A stretch of DNA of 64,000 nt from Octopus sinensis (taxonomy: Eukaryota): positions 15,934,001 through 15,998,000 of the forward strand of contig NC_043008.1 in the NCBI RefSeq assembly GCF_006345805.1. The letters are read 5' to 3'. The notes under the pieces were generated by a model that worked only from the letters and a program-made list of their open reading frames with translations, made no database searches and was not told the origin of the DNA. Below, one piece after another: positions 38,795 to 54,052 of the stretch (the first letter of the stretch is position 1; every line of letters starts with the position of its first letter). The translations under genes and the position numbers were made by a program.

Positions 38795-40029
38795 AACAAA
38801 CGCACATACATACATGCATGTATGTAAATATATTGTTTGATAACGACATTCCTCACAGTTCAATTTACCCTGAATTCCTAACAGAAAATTGCAAGCAATC
38901 GTTTAACGAAAAACAATCCACAAATCATATAGGTCGTAACAGAAGAATTTTAAGCAATTATTTTGACAATACTGCTCTCTAACATTTGGCATGATATCAT
39001 ACAGTTTCAAAGAAAGTTATTGCTGATGTAGTACATTACATTAATTCGTCCTGAAAAATAGTGTCCGCTTGAAGATTGAAAAGAAAAGGCAAATTTGAGA
39101 TATTTGGAGAGTTTAAATCAAATTTGACGGCAATAATTTTTGTAAAAATGCCTTTTGCTAAAAAAGAGAAAAATGATGTTAATGAATGCGAAGGTCAAAT
39201 CGCTGTATGGAGATCAATTTTATTAATTAGGATCCCGTACATGGTAGGTGATTGAAATATCGAATTTTTACTTGTAACTGAATCAGTGCAGGAAGGAACA
39301 AAACGAAACGATTACATAGACAGCTATCATAGTTTTAAAGTTAGAATATGAATGAGAAATTTTGTATTTCCCACGAGAAATATGCACTCAGTGTTTAGAC
39401 AGAAAACTAAAATCAACACATATATAAGCTGTGAAGTAAATTTTTAAAGGGATTCTATCGATTAGTCACGTAGTACTCAGACATAAGCACAGTTTCTGAC
39501 AAAGGTGTGGCACGTTGATTTGCTTCAGAAAGTTATACCTCATTGGTGAAGCTTCGTGGTATCGTGGTTCAAAGAAATATTGTGGTTCAAATCCCAAAAC
39601 AGAATTGTTGTTCTTGAGGTAATCATTTTCTTTCTGTTATTCCATTCCAGTTAGCTGTAGATGTATAAGCAGTAGCAACAGCAAGTGATGAGTTTTGCGA
39701 CGGACTGACATCTGTAAAGTTGAAAAGTTAATATTTTACACACCCGGTGCACATGAAAAACGGAATAATTTCTGGTATATAGAGTATGAGACAGGCCTAA
39801 TATCTATAAAGATAGCTCATCGATTATAAACAATGATTGAATATTTGACTATTCTGGTTTGCAACCGGTAGTTATTTCGAATAATCCAAAAGGACGGAAT
39901 GTAAATATATTACTTCTAGCTCTTAAAATAAGACAATAAAAGATTTGCTCAATGGGTATCAAAAATTATTTCCGTTTCTTTTCTGACATTTCGAATATTT
40001 CTGAATAATTCTTTATAAATTTAGCGCAA

Positions 40030-40565
40030 GGCTTACAACTTACAGAGAAAACTTAAAGTTGATTACATCAACCCTCAAGAGTTGACTAGTGCTTATATTA
40101 TCGACTCGGAAAAGAGAAAGGAAGAGTTGAATCCTACGGAATTTGAACTCACACAATAAAATGGAAGGAAATCCCGCGCAGCCTCATGTTCGAGTTGCTT
40201 ACGATTCTACCAAATCGAATTCATTGGAGAGGTATAATGAATTCCATCAACCTCAGTCCTTATTTTATCGACCAGGGAATGCAAATTCGACCTCGACAGA
40301 ATTTCATCGCAGAATGTAACGAGTTAGAAGAAAGGCATTTTGACTGAAGTGTTAATAGTTTTGTCAACTCGTTATCTTCATGAAATAATCTTGGCACATG
40401 ACCATTTGTTTTCGGCGAAGAGGGTTAATCGATTACATCAGCCCCAGTGGTCGACTGGCTTTTATTTTATCAATCTCGTAAGTATAAAACATCACTGCGA
40501 TTTCCGAATACAGAACGTAATTAGTAGGCACATTTTGTTCAATGTTGTAACTATACGGCATGCTA
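40030..40565 (-). mobile_element. Cluster of about three old SINE family B-related fragments
   Basis: Repeated gattacatca..cc..ag, ttttatcgac and gaatttgaactc-like blocks. Confidence 0.55.
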
Positions 40566-40871
40566 GGTGCCTTTACTAGCCAAAATAATACTGTTGAACA
40601 TATGAACGGGTTAACTGGTTACGTTATCGTAGACATTTAGATAACGAGAGAATCGAAGGTTGAAAATATTACCTTCATGTCATGCATTTAAATTATAAGT
40701 GGACGTATTTTTTCTTCAACGTATTTTAAATCAACGATAAAACATTTTATATTTTCAAATGGGTGGAGCAGATACATTATTACACATCGGAACTTAAAGC
40801 ATAGAAAGTTTCTTGTTTATATTCTAATATATTTACAAATTCACGATGCCAACGTATGTGCGCGCATACTT

Positions 40872-40924
<53 letters not shown>

Positions 40925-40932
<8 letters not shown>

Positions 40933-41298
40933 GGCAGTTTGTCTGTGCGTTTTCTGTGTGTCTGTTTTCTCGTACCCTCACTCTGACCACGGCTTTCAAC
41001 CGATTCTGATGAAACTTGACACACACATAGCCCAATGTCATAATTCAAAACTAACGCAGCGATAATTTTGAAAAGTTCTCCCAGTTCTGAAAAAAATCGA
41101 TAAATTTGACATGGGGTCGAGAATCAGAAACCCAAACCACAGACCGTCTAGGGGACGCAACTCCACCTTTTTTAACCCTCAAAAAAAATTTACCATCATT
41201 TGTTTCCCATTTTTTTGCTATTTTTGGCTATAACTCTCTAAAAATGCTTTATAGTTATTTCCCTTACAAACCTGAGCAACGCCGGGCGATACTGCTAG
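40925..41298 (+). mobile_element. Non-autonomous Helitron (5' end merges into (TA)n)
   Basis: Ends cctgagcaacgccgggcgatactgCTAG|T. The last 115 or so bp are nearly identical to 6125-6239. Confidence 0.8.
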
Positions 41299-41343
41299 TA
41301 TATATATAAATATATACTAACTCACATTGAAATATATATATAT

Positions 41344-41377
<34 letters not shown>

Positions 41378-41458
41378 CATATATATTTCAATGTGAGTGA
41401 GTATATATTTACACAAGCACAAAATGTATATGTAAGAATATATGTACATATGTATTAA

Positions 41459-41496
<38 letters not shown>

Positions 41497-42350
41497 TGTA
41501 TATGTAGTATGTGTGTGGTTGTGGGTGTGGGTGTGTGCGTGTGTGTGTGTGTGAATGTGAGAGTGTGTATGTATACATATGCATGTATATATATATGTAT
41601 ATATATATGTATACATAAGTATGAATATATGTATGTGTGTGTGCATATATACACGTAAGTATATACATTTATGTGTGTACATATATATATGCAAGCATGT
41701 ACCTATGTACATGTGTGGGGATGTCTGCGTGTATATGTGTATGAGTAGGAGTGTGTATATATTATATACGATGCATGCACATCCCTTTCTAGCCATGCAT
41801 ATGTTTCAAGTTATGTGTGTCTATATATGTGTCTGTTACATAATATTTTTAAAGTTTATACGTATTTATCAATGGATACAGCGGCATGCGGTACGGCAGG
41901 ACAGATAGTAATTGATGATATATTCTTTAAACATATTTAGTTCAATTTATATGTGGGGGACGGATGATCGGTGTTGACGAGGTTGAAAAAATATCGTTTC
42001 GTTTCTGAGAAACTTTCTACTGTTGATACGAGAGAAATCGAAAAAAATATAGAAAAAAAAAAACCCAAATGAAATCTCCATATAATATAGTTTAATAACT
42101 GTGTTGTATTCCTTCTCCTTTAGATGTATGATTTCTTCCTTCTTGTTGCTATTTTGGTTGTGCGTTTTGCTAGTTATATGTACTGATGTTTGTTAAGGAG
42201 ATAAATATAATAAAAAAACATTGAGTATATTACTGTATGATGTTCTTTCTGTAATACAGATAGGAATAGGAAAACTGTAATGATAACATAGGACATTGTT
42301 TTTTTATGTTTATTTGTAGATAGCTGTGTCCGTTTGCTATGAAGTGGTCA

Positions 42351-42351
<1 letters not shown>

Positions 42352-42413
<62 letters not shown>

Positions 42414-42492
42414 ATATATATATATATCTATCTATCTATCTATCTATATATCTATCTATACATCTATATATCTATATGGCTATCTATCTGTA

Positions 42493-42559
<67 letters not shown>

Positions 42560-42560
42560 A
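42352..42560 (+). repeat. (TATC)n tetranucleotide microsatellite
   Basis: Direct reading. The same unit occurs at 1-55. Confidence 0.95.
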
Positions 42561-44406
42561 CATCTTTCTATCTATGGATCGATCTATCTATAAGTGAAAC
42601 ACACACACACACTCACACACATATATATAAATAGGAGAAAGTGAGTGAGAGATTGAGAAAATGGGAGAGAAAAAGAGAGATAAGAAAAATAGGCAAAGAG
42701 AGAGAGAGAGAGAAAGAGAAACGGAGAGATAGATAGATAGAGTGAGAAGGAAGAATGGGAGAGGAAATGGGGGATATATAGCGATAGAAAGATAGATAGA
42801 TAGATAGAGAAAGAGAGATAAAGAGAAAGACAAAGAGAAAGTGGCAGCATACGATGATTAAAAATACCCCGCGGCAATGTTGGTTAATCGTTGATTTACA
42901 AGAAATGGGAGTGACCATTTCAACTAGATACTTCCTAATTTATAGTGGATTTCTAATATATCTTCTAGATATTTAAAAGTCGACAGAGATATGAAAATCG
43001 ATGTAAAATCATGCTTTCTCTTATATCTACATATCTAGAGTCGCACACGCGAATGCACGTGTGAGTATGTATTCCTACGTGGGTATTTCTGCAAAGACAC
43101 ATCCATATGTGTCTTCAAGCTTCACGGGTTACATTTGAAAATGTTTTATGCCCCCTTTTCGCGAAGACAGCTTGAGTCATTGGTGAAATGTCAATGACGT
43201 TGGAGGGCATGAAAATGAAAGTTGTATTTGAGAATAAGTTGGAGCATTTGAAGCCATCTCAAAACTGGAAAAGAGTTACATGTCATGGTAATCTGTGCAG
43301 GGTATCAAAAACCCGACATGTTTAAAGGCGGTAAAACGTGGGATCCAATGCTGTAACGAAGAAGATAAGGTCGTGCCTACGGGAAGAGACGTAACAGCCG
43401 TTCTGGCTGTGACCGCACGCCAGAGTTCGTTCACCAGCTGAACAGGAACGTAATCAATCTGTTGAGGGTTGATGCTGTAAGTCTAAATGTGTAGTCGGCT
43501 CCATGCCAAGCTTGCAGGATGAGTCAGTAATTGTTGGAGAATTTCTACGGCTTCACCATTCCCAGTTTCTGGCATCCTAATTCTCCCCCACTAACGCCGA
43601 GCTGTTGGCCAAGACGTAGGAGATGTCTGAAGATCTTCCCAAGGGTACACTGAGGGACGCATGTGCCAGGTTCTGGAACAGCCCAGCGGCCATGTTGGAA
43701 GCTTACAGTGATTTGTTTAAGTGATGTCTTTGAACCATGATTTCGTTGCATTTTTTAATCTTTGACCCATAAGTTCGTTGATATTCCAGCCATAATTTCG
43801 TGTTATTATTGAATGATATATAGCATTTCCATTTCTTTTAATGCAAAATACACTTTTTAGCTCGACCATCCTGTGTATTATATATATTTTATAAGAAAAT
43901 AGATCGACTCAAACGTATATTACTTCAAGATTCATAAAACGGAGACATGTGTTTCGTGATTCAGATATACCATCGTTTAAGATGTGTGGGCCACTTACAA
44001 ATAGAATAATATTCACTGTTTAGCGTTGCTCAACTTAATTCCCTTAAGTTGAGATAATTCTCTTTTTAGAATAAATTCATTAATATTACAAGTATATCAA
44101 TATAGATTGCTGCAGATATATAAATTATATCTCAAACATACGTAGAGTCATGCATGCGTACATGCATACATGCGTTCATATGAAAATATGATTGGATTTA
44201 GTCAATGATACTAGAGAGACAGTGACTTAACCAGCTCTTCTCTGCTTGAGTTGATTCCAGAACCAAAGGCCTATCTCCAAGTACACTTAAAATCCCTTCA
44301 CTCATTTATACTCGAAGAAGGAGTATTCGTGAGGAGTATTTATGAATGGTCAAATAATATCATGCATATTTCTTTCTGCACAAGCAGAATATCCATAGCT
44401 TTTTTT

Positions 44407-44445
<39 letters not shown>

Positions 44446-44514
44446 CACAATTTGATGGATATATAGCGGTACGTAAGCCGACTCAAGACATTTCTAGTGA
44501 GGCTTTTCACTGAT

Positions 44515-44556
44515 GTACCCGAAGAGACCCTGAACAGGTCGAAACATGTGTTGTAC
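44515..44556 (+). ncRNA. Minimal type I hammerhead ribozyme motif (U4C variant)
   Basis: gtac CCGAAGA gacc ctgaaca ggtc GAAAC atgt GTT gtac. Stems I, II and III all pair, with an ACATGT palindrome. Confidence 0.7.
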
Positions 44557-45494
44557 CCACAAAATTCTATAACACATTCCATCTATTATTTTATTAATAC
44601 TATATATATGTATTAATGTAATTTGAACTTTTCATTGAAGTTTCATTACTAAGTATTTTTTTCATTTTTCTTCCATGTTTCTTTTTTCCCCTTCTTTCCC
44701 ATTTAATACCTATGTACATATTTGTAAATAATCACATTTTCTCACAAGGGCTGGCGACTTTTCAAGAGTCCAATTTTAGGAAATAGGATAGGAAAGATGT
44801 GAAAAGAGGTGAACGTACGGTCATCATTGAAAAGTAAAAATAAAAATGAGTTAAAAGTTCAAATTCTTATGAAATTATATATTTATTTACACTTGTATAG
44901 TCAAATCCCATATTCTCTGTGCTTCCGTGTTTTGCACGGAAAAACATTTAATATTAGCAGTAAATATTATATGGGGGTAATTATCCGCGGCAAATGGTAT
45001 AAAAGAAGATATATAAAATCCGCGTAACGTGTGTTTAACTATATTGATTATCCACGTCACTCCCAGTATATAGCGTTCCTTTTCAATACACATGAGTCTA
45101 GTACGCTTCCAGTATCGCGATTGAGTAAGTGCGGTACTTGGTATTACTACTTATGAAATACAGAGCAAATATAAGGATAAAAACGATAAACACAAGTGAT
45201 AATATTAGTTGTTATGTAAGATTTAGTATTATGTTTGTTTGGAATCCTGCATTCGGTTTTTAAGTCGTTTTATTTGCATATTCACAACGGATCACTGGGG
45301 AACAATTTCATTAGGTTACAGAGGTACAGAGAACTTATGAGGTCCAGAAAAATAATACAAGTTTATTCTACGTACCTTAATGCAATAAAGTGTTCCCTGA
45401 TGGTCCTCTCTAGTTAACCGTGTAAAATGCACTTGGAACGCCTAAGGCAGCGGTACAAACTACCATGATTATGAAACGCAACGAGGAACTTATG

Positions 45495-45566
<72 letters not shown>

Positions 45567-46536
45567 TAATGATATATATATATACATATATAATGATATA
45601 TATATATATATATAATGATATATATATATATATATATGCATGGACATATATATGCATTCACATCGCTAGAAGAATTACTGTCTCTATCTCTTTTTCGCAT
45701 ACACATTGGTTAAAGAATTACTCTCTCTCTCTCTTTCTCTCTTGCATACTCACGATATTTATATGAGAGTTGCGCATTGGTATATAAATCTGTTTAACTG
45801 TTGTATAAGGCATATCTGTGCATTATTCCCAGCAGTTCAGCTTTATTTTCCCTTCTCCAATAATAGGGAGATATTTTTTCCGTGTTCATGCAATATATGA
45901 AAATAGTTCTATTTCTTCTTATTTCTGCAGGAACTAGTAATGCCGTGTAACATATTTTATGGAAAAGGTCACGTATTTCAGATTCTTAACTTTGAAATAT
46001 TTTCTCGCCACAGTATATTATTTTCACTAAAATTCTCGAACACTTAAACAGTTTATAAGTCGCTGTATTTTATTCTTAGAGATATGTTATAATACAACTA
46101 TACAGTTATATAAAAATATAGGCATATAATCATATAGACTACATAGATATATAAATTTCAATAACGAAGCATCTAAATAATTATTCGTCTGCCTAAAGAA
46201 GATTTCAAATCACCCTCGAATGCTATTCTACTCTTTGAAATAGAAATAAAGATATAAATTTTGAACAATATACAATATAGCACATGATCTGTTATCGAAG
46301 TAGCATTCAACAGAGTTCTTCTCAATACCTGTTAATCTTCCTTAAACAACACAAGCAACTGAAACATTATTAGTGGTATTTCTTCTTCTTCTTAGGCTTG
46401 CAACACATCAGTTATTTCATTTCATAAAAAGCTATTTACTTCAACTTATTTTTTAAGAAGTTCATTTGCATGTATCACAGATAAAATATAGGTTAATGAT
46501 TTTTGTATGTACGTGTATACTTGTTGATATACATAT

Positions 46537-46654
<118 letters not shown>

Positions 46655-46732
46655 TAGATATACATATATGTATATATATATATATATACATATATAGATA
46701 TACAAATATGTATATATATATATTATATATAT

Positions 46733-46776
<44 letters not shown>

Positions 46777-47060
46777 GTAATGTAGATTCAATCATATTTG
46801 TGTGAAATATAAGTCATTATTGACAGTAGCAATTTCTGAAGTAATTACCGCATCAATGTTTTGGGAAGAAAAAATCATATTAAGTGAATTTTTTTTCATA
46901 TGTCAGGTTCCCCTTAGCTGTTGATAATTCTTTATTAAATTTTTTAAAAACTTTCTGTCTAACTCTCTCATTCTGTTTATATAACGTATACATATATACA
47001 TGTGAGCGTGAGTTCGTGTGTGTGTGTGTGTATTGTGTGTGCACATGTGTATATGTGTAA

Positions 47061-47106
<46 letters not shown>

Positions 47107-47216
47107 GAGAGAGTGAGTGCGTAAGACAGTGAGAAAAAGAGAGAATCAAATCGAGAATAATTTTGAAAGGCGGTTTTACAAGTAATGCTATGTATGAACA
47201 CATAAAACTACACATA

Positions 47217-47332
<116 letters not shown>

Positions 47333-47454
47333 CAATAAAAGGGTTTAGCAACGAATTGCCTTACCACATACCGAATTTAGAAATAGCAGTCAAAGAGTTA
47401 TAGCTATTTCTTCTACTAAAAAGAGACTTATATATATATATATATATATATATA

Positions 47455-48231
47455 TCAGGTCATCCCATAAGCTCTGTCCGATCTTATAACCTTTTTTTTA
47501 ATTGAATAAAATTTAATAGTATTTTAGAATGTCTAATGGAATTAAAAATTATGTTTATGCATTTGTGTACATTTCAATTAACTAAATATTATTTTACAGA
47601 ATAATAGAATTAACATTTCTTTGATTAAAACCCCTGCTAACATGGAAGTATCCAAAGTGCATGTAACACACATAATGCATTTTTGAGTTCCAAATGAAAC
47701 TCTGCAGCTGAAGGGAACTTCATGGAAAAACGGTTCTTCTCTCTATCTGGTGGGATTCTAAAGGAGTAATTCACTTTGAATTGTTACCCCCTAATGAAAC
47801 AATCAATGCTCAAATCTACTGTCAGCTATTAGAGTGTTTGAACAAAGCTTTGAAGAAAAAGAGACCTGCTTTAGAGAATCGAAAAAGAGTGATGTTTCAT
47901 CAGGACCCGACTCTGCAAAGATCGAAGAGCTTGGTTGGGAAAAGAATTCCTCATGACCTTGCTCCTTCAGACTATCATTTGTGTCGTAGTTTACAGAATC
48001 GTTTGGGGGACATAACTTTCGCAAGACAGCCAGCAGGAGGTCGAAACTGACATTTTAGAGTTCTTCGCTTTGAAACAAAAAAATGTTTTACACTAATGGG
48101 ATTAAAAAGCGTGTAAATAGATGGAAGAAATCAGGGAAAGTATATTGATGATTAAATTTCAATTAAATATAACATTTGATCGCTTGTTTCCTTTCATTCA
48201 AAATTCGAACAGAACATATGGGATGACCTGA
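47455..48231 (+). mobile_element. Internally deleted mariner transposon with both TIRs, inside (TA)n
   Basis: TIRs tcaggtcatcccataagctctgtccga and tcgaacagaacatatgggatgacctga. Remnants MEVSKVHVTHIM, SIWWDSKGVIHFELLPPNETINAQIYC, FHQD and DLAPSDYHL. Confidence 0.92.
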
Positions 48232-48235
48232 TATA

Positions 48236-48277
<42 letters not shown>

Positions 48278-48721
48278 TATAATATATATATATATATACT
48301 TCCTCTCTTCACTCCTACCTACCTTCTCCCTTCCCATACATCTCCACACCGCCACACCACCAAACCACACCACACACCACCATACCACACCCCACACCAT
48401 ATCACACTACACTCTTATTGAATAAGAGCAGAACAGTGAAAAAAACTGAGGAGGCAACATATAGAAAAATCAGAATGTTAAAAACGGAAAACTAAAAATA
48501 GAGAACGAAAACGTTTTTTTTAGTACGATATGATATATGGTTTGTGACTGATGATAATATTTGAGATATTTCCATCATGGGAAACTATCAGTAGCACTTA
48601 AAGGCATATATTATGTACTTTAAAGAAATAATATTTATCTCTCATCACATGGAGTATTTTCATTCCTGAATTTCCTATTACGGAACGGTACTCCATATAT
48701 ATATATATGTGTATGTACGTT

Positions 48722-48776
<55 letters not shown>

Positions 48777-48802
48777 TATATATTATATATGTATGTATGT
48801 AT

Positions 48803-48905
48803 AGTTAAATTAATCCAAACAAGAAAGCACAAAAATAAACATACACAACAACGCGAGGACGTGGAACAAATATAGTATTATTGGACGCTCCGGAAAGAAG
48901 GAAAG

Positions 48906-48908
<3 letters not shown>
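48803..48908 (-). mobile_element. Truncated copy of the 6.6-kb element, between (TA)n tracts
   Basis: ttaatccaaaca.gaaa...caacaacgcgaggacgtggaacaaatatagtattattggacgc. Confidence 0.75.
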
Positions 48909-48977
<69 letters not shown>

Positions 48978-50517
48978 CATAAGTTCCTCCAATATTAAAC
49001 GAAAATAGTGTGACATGTTTTCCTGCCTTTAAATTTCATATACTGTCCTTTATTCCTTTCGCCTGAAAAGTTGATTAGAACTTCTCGATTTTCTCAAACG
49101 CGTCAGTTTCAAAGATGTGCCAAATTATTAAAGCTTACGAAATATATCAACAGCACAATTCTTCGTTGACATAGCTTACATTTTAATCTTCTAATTCTGT
49201 TTTACTTTGAAAACGGATCGACTTGGACTACTTTAAGTGATGTACTTTAAGCTGATTCAAAACTTTCTATTAATAAAATAGATTTTAGAAGAGTAGCAAT
49301 TGTATTTGCCAAGGAGAAATTGCTTAATTGTATCCGTTACTCTTTCTTAGACGAGCTATATTTGTGTATTATACGCTTCGTAATTTTGTCTCAATGTTGC
49401 GTCATGCGGCTTTCTGAAATACAACTGCCATAGTTAGAACGAGATTGTAGCTGACGAAAGCTTCTTGGGAAAAATCGTGAAAAATATGCTTTAGACATGA
49501 GAATGGGATAATATATGTTACACTTTGAAAAACATAATGAAACAAGGAAGGAGCTTTGATCGTTTTTGATTATGCTAATTAAGGATCATACATTTAAATC
49601 ACTTCTATTCAATTAGTTCCATGAACTGCCTTACTTTTTTTCTTCCCCTACTACTTATGAAAATATAAACCAGTGCTTTTTAAGAATTGCGCTTAAGAAT
49701 TTAAGTGATATTTTATGGTCTGATAAAGTTATAAATGTTATCCCATCAGAAAAGTTGAATACTAACTTATGACTTCCGAAGGGAGAAGCCGCGCAGCAGC
49801 CATAACTCTGCATTACATTTTCAACATAGTAGAAAACATGTACTGTATTAAATATTTTTAAAAAGACTACATAATAAGAAATCGATACCACAAATATATG
49901 CTAGAACGAAGATATTATAATTCACGTTTCACACGAATTGTGTTTCACTATATTATTTCAACTACATTATCGATTTTACTATTTAGCTTTAAAACATCGC
50001 TGTTACATATTTATGATGTTCTTTCATTGAAGAGAACCTCATAAAAGTGGTTTTGACATCATGAATATCATTTTCAGCCACATTTTGTGCATTTCACGCA
50101 CATCAGCGGAGTATTGTATGATTTATCTCATTTTACTCCTGTTTTATGTATTATAGAAATATTTGAGTGGTGCAGCTTCACTTTTTAATTGGACTTTAAT
50201 TTATAGATGTCAAGAAATTAAGAGAAAATTCTAATTCAGAATGTTGTTGTCCTGCAAACTTGACCTTTTATCAATTATTCTACCACCGAATTGTCATGTT
50301 CTTTCACTATATTTGTGTATTCTGTTATATTTTACCTCGGACTCGTAACACGAATAATGATTATTGATTTCATTATAGCTTTCAGAGACTAACATATAGT
50401 TATTACAATTTCATGTCTAAAATATATCTTCCTAATTTTTTCCGCCAATTTACTGATATTTTGATACATATACTAATATAATATATAAAAGTATGTTATA
50501 TATAAATGTATGTAATA

Positions 50518-50553
<36 letters not shown>

Positions 50554-50567
50554 TGTATGTATGTATG

Positions 50568-50617
<50 letters not shown>

Positions 50618-50639
50618 TACATATATTATATATATATTT

Positions 50640-50680
<41 letters not shown>

Positions 50681-53150
50681 TATATATGTATATATATATT
50701 ATATTTATATATTATATGTTATATATAATAATATAAATAACTATATACAATATGTCATATATATATATTGTATGTGTGTATGTGTGTGTATAAAAGCATT
50801 CCAAGGAATGGAGCGTGTAATTTAATATTTTTAAGAGAAGTAGAAAAATGATTCCTGGTTGCAACATTTATGCTACCCCGGAAGGAATCCCTGTTAATCT
50901 GACCAGTTCGTTTTGGTATATCTTGTTATGTCGGATCCCAGGCATAGTTAGTTGTAACATTCCATCTATTTCATGTGGTGTGTAAAATCCTTAAGATCCT
51001 TCTTAATATTCCATGATTATATTTACCATTTGTGAAATACTTTTCTGTATTTTCCTGTCAGAAACTTCATTGGGAAGCATGACAGTTGTTTGAAATAGTT
51101 CAATTTGTTTTTTTCTTTTGGTTTCAGACATGCATTCATGTACTTCTGTATAGTGTACAGAGATATTAATGCTTCCATGAAATGTATTGAGACAGAAAGT
51201 GAAGCAAAAAGCTTAGATTTTTCTATAGGATAAATAGATTTTAAAAGTAAATAATGAACATATTCAAAATAGGGGCTACGTGTTTTGTATACATTTCTGC
51301 GACTAGGAACTAAAAAATGTTTTCGATCTGAAATACTGCAGTTGAAATTGTGCGAGAAATATCGTTTGGGCTTCACTCTGACTTCATATCTTAAAGAATG
51401 TACTTTCTAAAAATTCGTTTAGAGGGATAGGTATCGAAATCGAAGGGACTTATTTATATAATAGAGAAACAGATAAATTATACCCCTCTGAACGAAAATC
51501 GAAACACTGTGGACGGATATCGACTTCATCAAAATAAACTATTTGTAGTTAATAAACAATCACCATTGTTCATTTGGCAATTGCCTTGTGTATTACCTTC
51601 GAAGGGATGTGATAGAAAAACGATGAGCGCATATGAAATATTCTAAATAACATTAAAAATATCATTATTTGACCTGCCTTCGAAACCTATAATAAATGTT
51701 ACGATATATTAGCTATAATTGTGTCGATGGGACAGGACTCGATACATACTTTTGTCTATTTTGAAAGATAGAATGCATTTTGATATTGAATCCTTGACAG
51801 ATTTAGACTCATCGTCATCAGATTTTATATATCAAATTTTATTACTAATTATTGCACCAAAGTTGCTATTCCAACACTGAGTAATAAGAACTTATATTTG
51901 CATGTAGGACTCGGCATATTAATTAACAGGTAAAACCGTTTTCTATTTTCATGCAAATACATGAGATCTTAATGAATTCTGGACAGAAAATATATACGTA
52001 TGCTGCAAACGTCATTAAACGAAAAATAATGAGTTTGAAAAAAGTGGAAACCAGGAAAGCAAATCCTATTATAAATTGATATATAAAATCTATTTTTTCT
52101 TTCTATTCAGTTGCGCAACAGAAATAGGCTAAGTGATTTTAGAGAGACATATCGTACTATAAATGTCTAAGAAAAGTGTCGTTTTTACATATTTTAAAGA
52201 AAAAAAAGCTATTATTAGTAAAATAGCTGAATACGTATAAATGAAAAGTGCTGCAAAACATATCGGAAATAATATATATAATTTTCAAAAAGTAATAGTA
52301 TTTTGATAAATATTCTAACGCTTAGCCATTTGCAATTTATACAAACGCTGTAGAACAGTAATGTCGGAATAACTACATAAACAGACTTATATTTGACAAA
52401 TATGTTTTCGAGGGCTGTAAACTTGTGATTGATTGTTATGCATATGTCACAACATATCAATCAGTCACTGCAATAAAATATCAACATATGAAAATCAAAA
52501 CAATGTCTCTCATTTAGATCAGGGAAATATTATGTAAGATGTAACATATGCACAACTGCTATTTACATTATCTAGAATCTTCCCCACCAAGTTTGAAGCG
52601 GAAAAGAAGACTTGGTAAACGATTGTTTCCAATAAGATGTGCTTAACTGAAATGACTTAGATATGTTTCGACCAAAGATTGGCCCAGTCCACATTTAATT
52701 TAATAACACCACGTCCCAGGATCTGTTAAGTAAATTTTACGAGATGTTTTGTGGTAACCTGGCAAATTAAAATAGAATGATGTTTTTTTATTGAGATATA
52801 TCCAGTTATAAGTGTCTTATCGCGTATCCCTTGGAGAAATGTGTACAGGTTTGTTTCAAGGTGATGAAATATTTTCCTTCTTTTATTTATTTCGGTATAA
52901 TGATAAATAGAGCTGGGCCTGTTGCGGAAAAGAAATTGTATTGTGATCCTTCATTGCTTATGATCATATTACACATGACCCCAGTCTTTTATAATCACTG
53001 AATCTGGGGCTAAGGTCGTATGGGCAACGTTGGTGGTATAATCTACACTTTGTGCAAACAATGCGTTTTGAAATGGTACGACGACCCCTGGCGAGAATGG
53101 ACTTGGCCACTACATATAAATAGTTATGGTTATTTGACAATTTCTGCGAC

Positions 53151-53490
53151 TTGGAAAACCTATTAGCTGCAGAAGTAGAGATTCAGGAGAAGCAACAAAA
53201 ACTACAGGAGTTGCAAAAACAAATACGACAACAACAACAACAATTCATTGAGTTACAGTCGGCGATGTCCGAAAATCCAGTAGGCTCGGTTACGACAGCG
53301 GGCGTGGCTGACACGATTTCTGAATTTGCGTATAATTCGGAGTAGAGCATTACATTTCACGCGTATTATAGAACATACGAGGACATTTTTAACAAAGACT
53401 GCAAGTCATGGTCGGAGGAGCAGAAAATAAGGTTTTACTACGCAAGGCAGCTCCTTTTGAAGGTGAGCATTACTGTAAATTTATAAAGAA
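53151..53490 (+). pseudogene. Gypsy-type LTR retrotransposon gag N-terminal remnant
   Basis: After a Q-rich stretch it reads DTISEFAYNSE*SITFHAYYRTYEDIFNKDCKSWSEEQKIR, similar to the N-terminus of K02A2.6-like polyproteins. It has an in-frame stop and a frameshift. Confidence 0.65.
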
Positions 53491-53545
53491 TACATACACA
53501 CACACATACACACACTCACACACACACACACAACACACACACACA

Positions 53546-53607
<62 letters not shown>

Positions 53608-53611
53608 GTTA

Positions 53612-53815
53612 TTTTTTACTTGTTTCAGTCATTTTCCCTTTGGCCATGTAGCAGCAGCGCCTTTTAGTCGAACAAATCGTCCCTTGGATTTATTCTTTGT
53701 AAGCCTTGTACTTATTTGGTCGGTCTCTTTTGCCGAAACGCTAAGTTACGAGTACGTAAACGACACCAACATCGATTGTCAAGTGGTGGTGGAACGGCAA
53801 ACGCAGACACAAACA
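53612..53815 (-). mobile_element. 3' half of SINE family A
   Basis: ttttacttgtttcagtcattt...tcggtctcttttgccgaaacgctaagttacg. Confidence 0.8.
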
Positions 53816-53846
53816 CAAATATATACATATATACATATACATATAT

Positions 53847-53895
<49 letters not shown>

Positions 53896-54052
53896 ATTGA
53901 GTAGTTGAGTGAATTATCTTATTATGGATAATTTCGGTTAACCGATACCTGGGTAGCAAATTCACGTCAGAAAACACGGTTGAAGCTACATGCCTAGGGA
54001 AGAGATCACGTGCTATCGTGTGGAAATTTGTGTGTTTTTTAAATACAAATAA

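Noticed and set aside
41007-41016. ctgatgaaac as a hammerhead core
   Set aside because: There is no stem II between the elements. It is part of the accgatt...gaaactt motif in the Helitron body.
43140-43885. Possible Tc1-like transposon remnant
   Set aside because: No clear catalytic motif or TIR pair could be verified by eye.
49451-49475. ctgacga...gaaa
   Set aside because: No pairing for stems I, II or III.
50840-51376. 117-aa ORF as a host exon
   Set aside because: No recognisable domain. Neighbouring frames look at most like a very decayed LINE C-terminus.
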